A stretch of DNA of 64,000 bases, taken from contig NW_008246147.1 of NCBI RefSeq assembly GCF_000281045.1, positions 7,972-71,971 on the forward strand, given 5' to 3'. This stretch comes from Saprolegnia diclina VS20 (lineage: Eukaryota). Under the pieces are notes generated by a model that did no database searches, had not been told where the DNA came from, and saw only the letters and a program-made list of their open reading frames with translations. Both the position numbers and the translations under genes were made by a program. Shown in pieces: positions 59,348 through 64,000 of this stretch (the stretch's first letter is position 1; each line of letters opens with the position of its first letter).

Positions 59348-61258
59348 ATGGACAGCGTCGAGGAAGCGCTGCGGTTCATCGCCAAGCAGTTTGAGAGCGC
59401 GGACTTGGCGCGCGTACAGTGGGTCGAAGAGCGCAAGGTCTTCCAGGCGCAGCTGCAGGAGCTCCAAGCACAGAAGAAGATCCAAGACGACCACACGAAG
59501 GAGCTTCTGCTCCAGGTCAAGATGCTCGAGTTCGCCTTGCAGCAAGAGCGTGGCCGCTACATGACGGCCTTTTCCAAGGCGGAGAAGGCGCCGGGAAGTC
59601 CGAAGAGCCGCACGGTCTTCCGAAAAGATAGCAGCAACGGCTCCAACAGCGGTAGCTTCTACGGCGCGAGCCCGCCCGTGAAGAGCGACTCGGAGATCTC
59701 GCGTGGCAGCCCGGGCATGGAGATCTCGCGCGGCCCGCCCGCGTCGCCCGAGGTGTCGGTCACGCGCGGGAAGGAGGGCGAGACGCTCATCTCTCGCGCC
59801 CGCGTCAATTCGCGCACCGGCGAGAACCGGTCCGTGCCATCGTCGCCGTCGAATCCGCCGATGACCAAAGGCCCGCCGCCTGTCGAAGTGCTACCGAGCT
59901 CGAAAGTCTCGGGCAACTTCCGCGCCTGCAAGATGAAGCAGAAGCTCTCGGGCCATCTCGATGGCATTCGATCGATCACGTTCCACCCGACGGACCCGCT
60001 GCTCGTCTCGGCCAGCGAGGACGCGACCGTCAAGATCTGGAACCTCGCCTCCAAGTACGCTTTCCTTCCGTGATGGTCTTGCTCATATCCTACTAGGCAC
60101 TCGGAGATCGAGGCCATGGCGACCTTCCGCGTGCACACCGACAGCGTGCTCTCGGTCGCGTCGATCAAGCCCGAGCACTCGATCGGCCTCGGCTACCGCA
60201 ACGGCCTCATCGCGTCGGGCGGGAAGGACGGTACGATCACGCTGCTTGCGTATCCCGAAGCCGGCATGGACCGCGACAGCAAGTCCGAGCCCTACTCGTA
60301 CGAAGGTACTCTCTTGACACCTTGATACTTTGGCTCACGCACAGCGTAGAGTACTATGGCTACATGGTGCACCGACTGGAGGCGCACCGCGACGCGATCT
60401 GGAGCCTAAGCGCGCACCCGTACACGAACCTGCTCTTCAGCGCCAGCGCCGACGCCTGCGTGCGAGTCTGGGGCATCTCGTCCGGTGCGTCCGCATGTGT
60501 ACCCGTCGACATGCAAGCGCACAATGAACGTAGAGCCGACGCTCAAGTGCACGCTCGGTGCGTCAGTCCGGCAGCACCCCGCGGGCGTCCACGTCCACAG
60601 CGGCGACGGGCTCCTCGTGCCGACCTGTGTCGCGGCGGTCCCGACGAACGCAGCGACGCTCATTGCTGGCTACACGTCCTGCACGGTACGCTCGCGTCGT
60701 CCTCGGCGACAGCGACTTGAGTCGGATCTAGATTGGTCAATATGACATTGGGTCGGAGCGGTTGGTGCAGCTCATGTGCCCCGCCGACTCGGACGTGCAC
60801 ATCACGGCCTTCCGGGAAGCTCAAGTCAACCAGGTATGACAGCATCCGAATGTTTTCTTGGCCGCAGCTGAACGTAGGTGGTCGCCCACCCGACGATGCC
60901 CATCGTCGTGGCCGCGCACCAAGACCGCCGCTTGCGCTTCTACGACCTGCGCGCCGGTACGCTCGTTGCCCATCGCATAAGGTGAACGTACCGTGGTGTA
61001 GGCAAGTGCGTCGCGTCCGTGGTCGCGCACCAGGACGCCGTGTCGTCGCTCTCGATGGACGCGTCGGGCTTGTACCTTGCGTCCGGCGGCCACGACGGAT
61101 CGCTGCGCTTCTGGAGCGTCGCCGAGCGCACGTGCGTCCACGAGCAGTCGGCGCACCGCCCCAAGTACGGCGAGGCCGTCCAGGACGTGGCCTACCACCC
61201 GACGCGCGGCTTCGTAGCGACGGGCGGCGCCGACTCGGTGATAAAGGTATTCCAATGA
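59348..61258 (+). CDS. Striatin-like protein (N-terminal striatin coiled coil + WD40 repeats), multi-exon
   Basis: WVEERKVFQAQL..VKMLEFALQQER, LSGHLDGIRSITFHP..SASEDATVKIWNL, AHRDAIWSL and the C-terminal ATGGADSVIKVF. Confidence 0.9.
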
Positions 61259-61415
61259 GATCTGACGCCGTTGCGTTGTCTTGTCCGCATCTCGTTGACC
61301 TCGCACGTCGCGTTGCTCTATCGTGGTGATGAGTGCAGTGGCTAGTCTTGCCGTCGTCGTGCATCTCGACGACCAACGTCAAGATCGCGCCACGCCAGGG
61401 CGAATCCGCGTCGGT

Positions 61416-61510
61416 GATTGGCCGAAACTCTATGTTGTTGCGCGTTTTCATTGGTCGAGAGAAATCGCGCGTGTTGATTGGTGGTAATTATTTGCTCTGC
61501 AGAGCATTGG
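61416..61510. promoter_or_regulatory. Four inverted CCAAT boxes at ~30-bp spacing upstream of RRP1
   Basis: (g/c)ATTGG at 61416, 61449, 61476 and 61505. The ATG is at 61548. Confidence 0.55.
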
Positions 61511-61547
61511 TTGCGAAGCAGCTCATTCTCATTCTACCTGCGCCAAG

Positions 61548-63443
61548 ATGGACATCTCGGCGGCCTCCAAGTTTGGCCAGAAGCTCGCCCACACCGGTAG
61601 GCTCGTGGCTGCAGCCGAAGGCTCATGCGCGCTCTAGAGAAGAACGTGCGCGACAAGGCTGTCAAGAGCCTCACGCTCTTCCTCGTCTCCAAGAAGGAGT
61701 GGTCCGACCTCGACCTCGATAAGATCTGGAAGGCGCTCTTCTACTGTACGCCGCCTCGTACCTTTGCCATCTCAAGCATCGCACCTAGGCATGTGGATGA
61801 GCGACAAGATGAAGATCCAGCAAGAGCTCGCCGACAACCTCTCCAAGCTCGTGCACGCGTTCCCATCGGACGCGCTCAAGCTGCGCTTCGTGCACTCGTT
61901 CTTCAAGACGATCCAGCGCGAGTGGCATGGCATTGACGGTCTCCGCCTCGACAAGTTCTACACGCTCGTGCGCATGATGCTCTTCCAGAGCTTCAAGTTC
62001 CTCGAGGCCACCGAGTTTGCGCTCAACGAAGCCTTTGCGTCGCACCTCGAGAGCGCGATTCTCTCGCAGCTGCCCAACGGTCTCCGCCTCCACGTCTCGG
62101 ATGTCTACCTCTCGGAGCTCTTCAAGGCCGTCGGCGACTCGATTCCCGCCGACGCCTTTGTGCAGCTCCTCGCGCCCTTCTTCACGTTGATGAGCACGGA
62201 CGCCGACAAGGCCGTCGCCAAGCGCGTGCACGACCTCATCCTCACCCCGCTCGTGTCCGAGTATTTCTTCCTCGACACGCAGCACACCAAGCCGGCGCCA
62301 ACCGACGCCGAGACGACCGACGACGAGGCCGAAGCGCCCAAGCAGTTTGCAGCCGCGGCGCTCGCCGAGGTGCAGCACCGCATCTTTGAGATTGCGGCGG
62401 CCGAGTACGAGCTTGAGCTTCTGCGAAGAGAGATCGATCTGACGGATGACTAGGGAGACGCTCGACCGCAACCGCAACTTGCTCTACACTATTTATGCCA
62501 CCATGTACGCCAAGACCAAGGTCGACTCGTCCAAGCCGGATGCGATCGCCAAGGCGCGTCAGGACATGGCCAAGAAGGCTGCCAAGAACACGGCGCCTGC
62601 CAAGAAGGTGGCGGAGGCCAAAAAGGTCGCCGCCAAGAAGGCGGCCAAGGAAGAGCCCAAGAAGGTTGTCATGGACAAGAAGGCCGAGAAGGAGTCCCCG
62701 AAGAAGGTTGTTGTCGAGGAAACCAAGGCGACCAAGAAGGCCGCCAAGGAGGAGCCCAAGAAGGTGACCAAGGAGGTCGAGAAGGTCGAGAAGACCAAGA
62801 AGACCAAGGACGAAGTTGTCGAGACCAAGAAGGTCAAGGCCGTCGAAGCGGAAACGAAGAAGGCGAAGAAGGCGGCCAAGGAGGAGCCGGTGGTCGTCGA
62901 GCCCAAGAAGGCGGCGAAGAAGGCGCCGGTGGTCGAAGAAAAGCCGGCCAAGAAGGCCAAGAAGGACGAGCCGGCCTCGAAGAAGAAGGAAAAGACCACG
63001 CCGTACCCGCGCTGTGCGTCGTGCGGCGGCTTTGGCAAGGGTCTCGTGCCGACGGGCAAGACGATGTGCGGCCACTGCGAGCGCTCGTCGAAAGCGACCA
63101 AGAAGGAGGCGAAGAGCCTGAAGCGCAAGGCGGCGCCGGTTGTCGAGGAGGCGGCCGAGGACTCGGAGGACACGAAGCGCGTGACATTTGGTAAGAGCAA
63201 GGCGCTGCCGTACGAGCTCTCGATGAAGCGTATGAAGAAGTCGGCGACGAAAGGTGGGTCCAACCAAACTCAACAACCAACAACCAACAAAAAGCTGAGT
63301 CGTCGCGAGTAGAAGTGGTCAAACCGGCGACGGGCAAGGGCGTGCTCAAGGTCAAGGAGATCAAGGCCAAGCACGACATGACGAGCGTCAAGCGCAACAC
63401 GACGCTCAACTCGAAGCGCATGCGGGCAGCCGACTTTTTCTAA
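61548..63443 (+). CDS. RRP1: Ribosomal RNA processing protein 1 (Nop52 domain) with Lys/Glu-rich tail, multi-exon
   Basis: KLAHT/EKNVRDKAV, KIWKALFYC/MWMSDK..QQELA, REWHGIDGLRLDKFY and the terminal RAADFF*. Confidence 0.93.
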
Positions 63444-64000
63444 TCACACTCTTATACACTATGTACACACTGCACTTGCCTGTCCATGCAACCACTCTCG
63501 AATCTTGCGCGCTGGCCTCTGCCGTCAAGTGCTGCCCGGGCCTCGCCGTCCGGGCTAGAGTACAGCTCCACGGCGCATCGCCTAGCCCACCGCCCATGTC
63601 CTCTAGCGTGGTATTTCAGCGTACGCTCCGCCATGGCAGCACCACGAAGACCGGGACGGCGTCGCTTCGGGGCTGTTCCGCCGCCGTTGCATAATATGTC
63701 CCGCCTTGCTATCGACACAAAAAACCCTCGCGTTTTATCCGGAAACGCCGGATACGAAGCGGCATCCGTTGACGATGTCGTTTTTCTGTCGCCGGTTTAA
63801 AACACCCAAGCAATTACATATAAAACGCAAGTGTAGATTGTATAAAACAGAACCGTAAGCAACGAAACAAACAGCGAAAAATACAGGTTGTGGTTGCCAG
63901 CCAGTCAGTTCGGAATCCCTCACCAAGTCTCAATATGGTACGTCGACCCGGACGATGGATCGCACGGCGAAGGTTGACGTCGGTATATGTGCGTAGTCGG

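Overview
Gene-dense eukaryotic scaffold, most likely an oomycete of the Saprolegnia/Achlya type. This is inferred from the GC-rich coding sequence, very short (about 40-60 nt) GT-AG introns and the gene families present. The first ~5.5 kb is degenerate: two 100-N gaps, duplicated segments, a hairpin and a decayed GCN1-like fragment. About 22 protein-coding genes follow: a secreted bacterial-type ABC solute-binding protein, an RS-tailed cyclophilin, a DOT1-like methyltransferase, two cysteine dioxygenases around an acid-sphingomyelinase-like gene, a CID/CCCH protein, a large C2-like/EF-hand/IQ/acidic protein, a TatD + RNA 3'-terminal phosphate cyclase (RtcA) fusion, a membrane protein, two folate-biopterin transporters, a multi-FHA/cNMP protein ending in a CaaX box, TRAPPC13, a bZIP-like protein, PTH2, an M13 peptidase, three small paralogous basic proteins ending in S[IL]xF[IL]LN, VPS13, striatin and RRP1/Nop52. 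The best candidates for new biology are the TatD-RtcA fusion, the triplicated microprotein cluster and the FHA/cNMP/CaaX protein. I recognised no rRNA, tRNA or CRISPR array. All family calls come from motif recognition by eye, and exon boundaries are manual.
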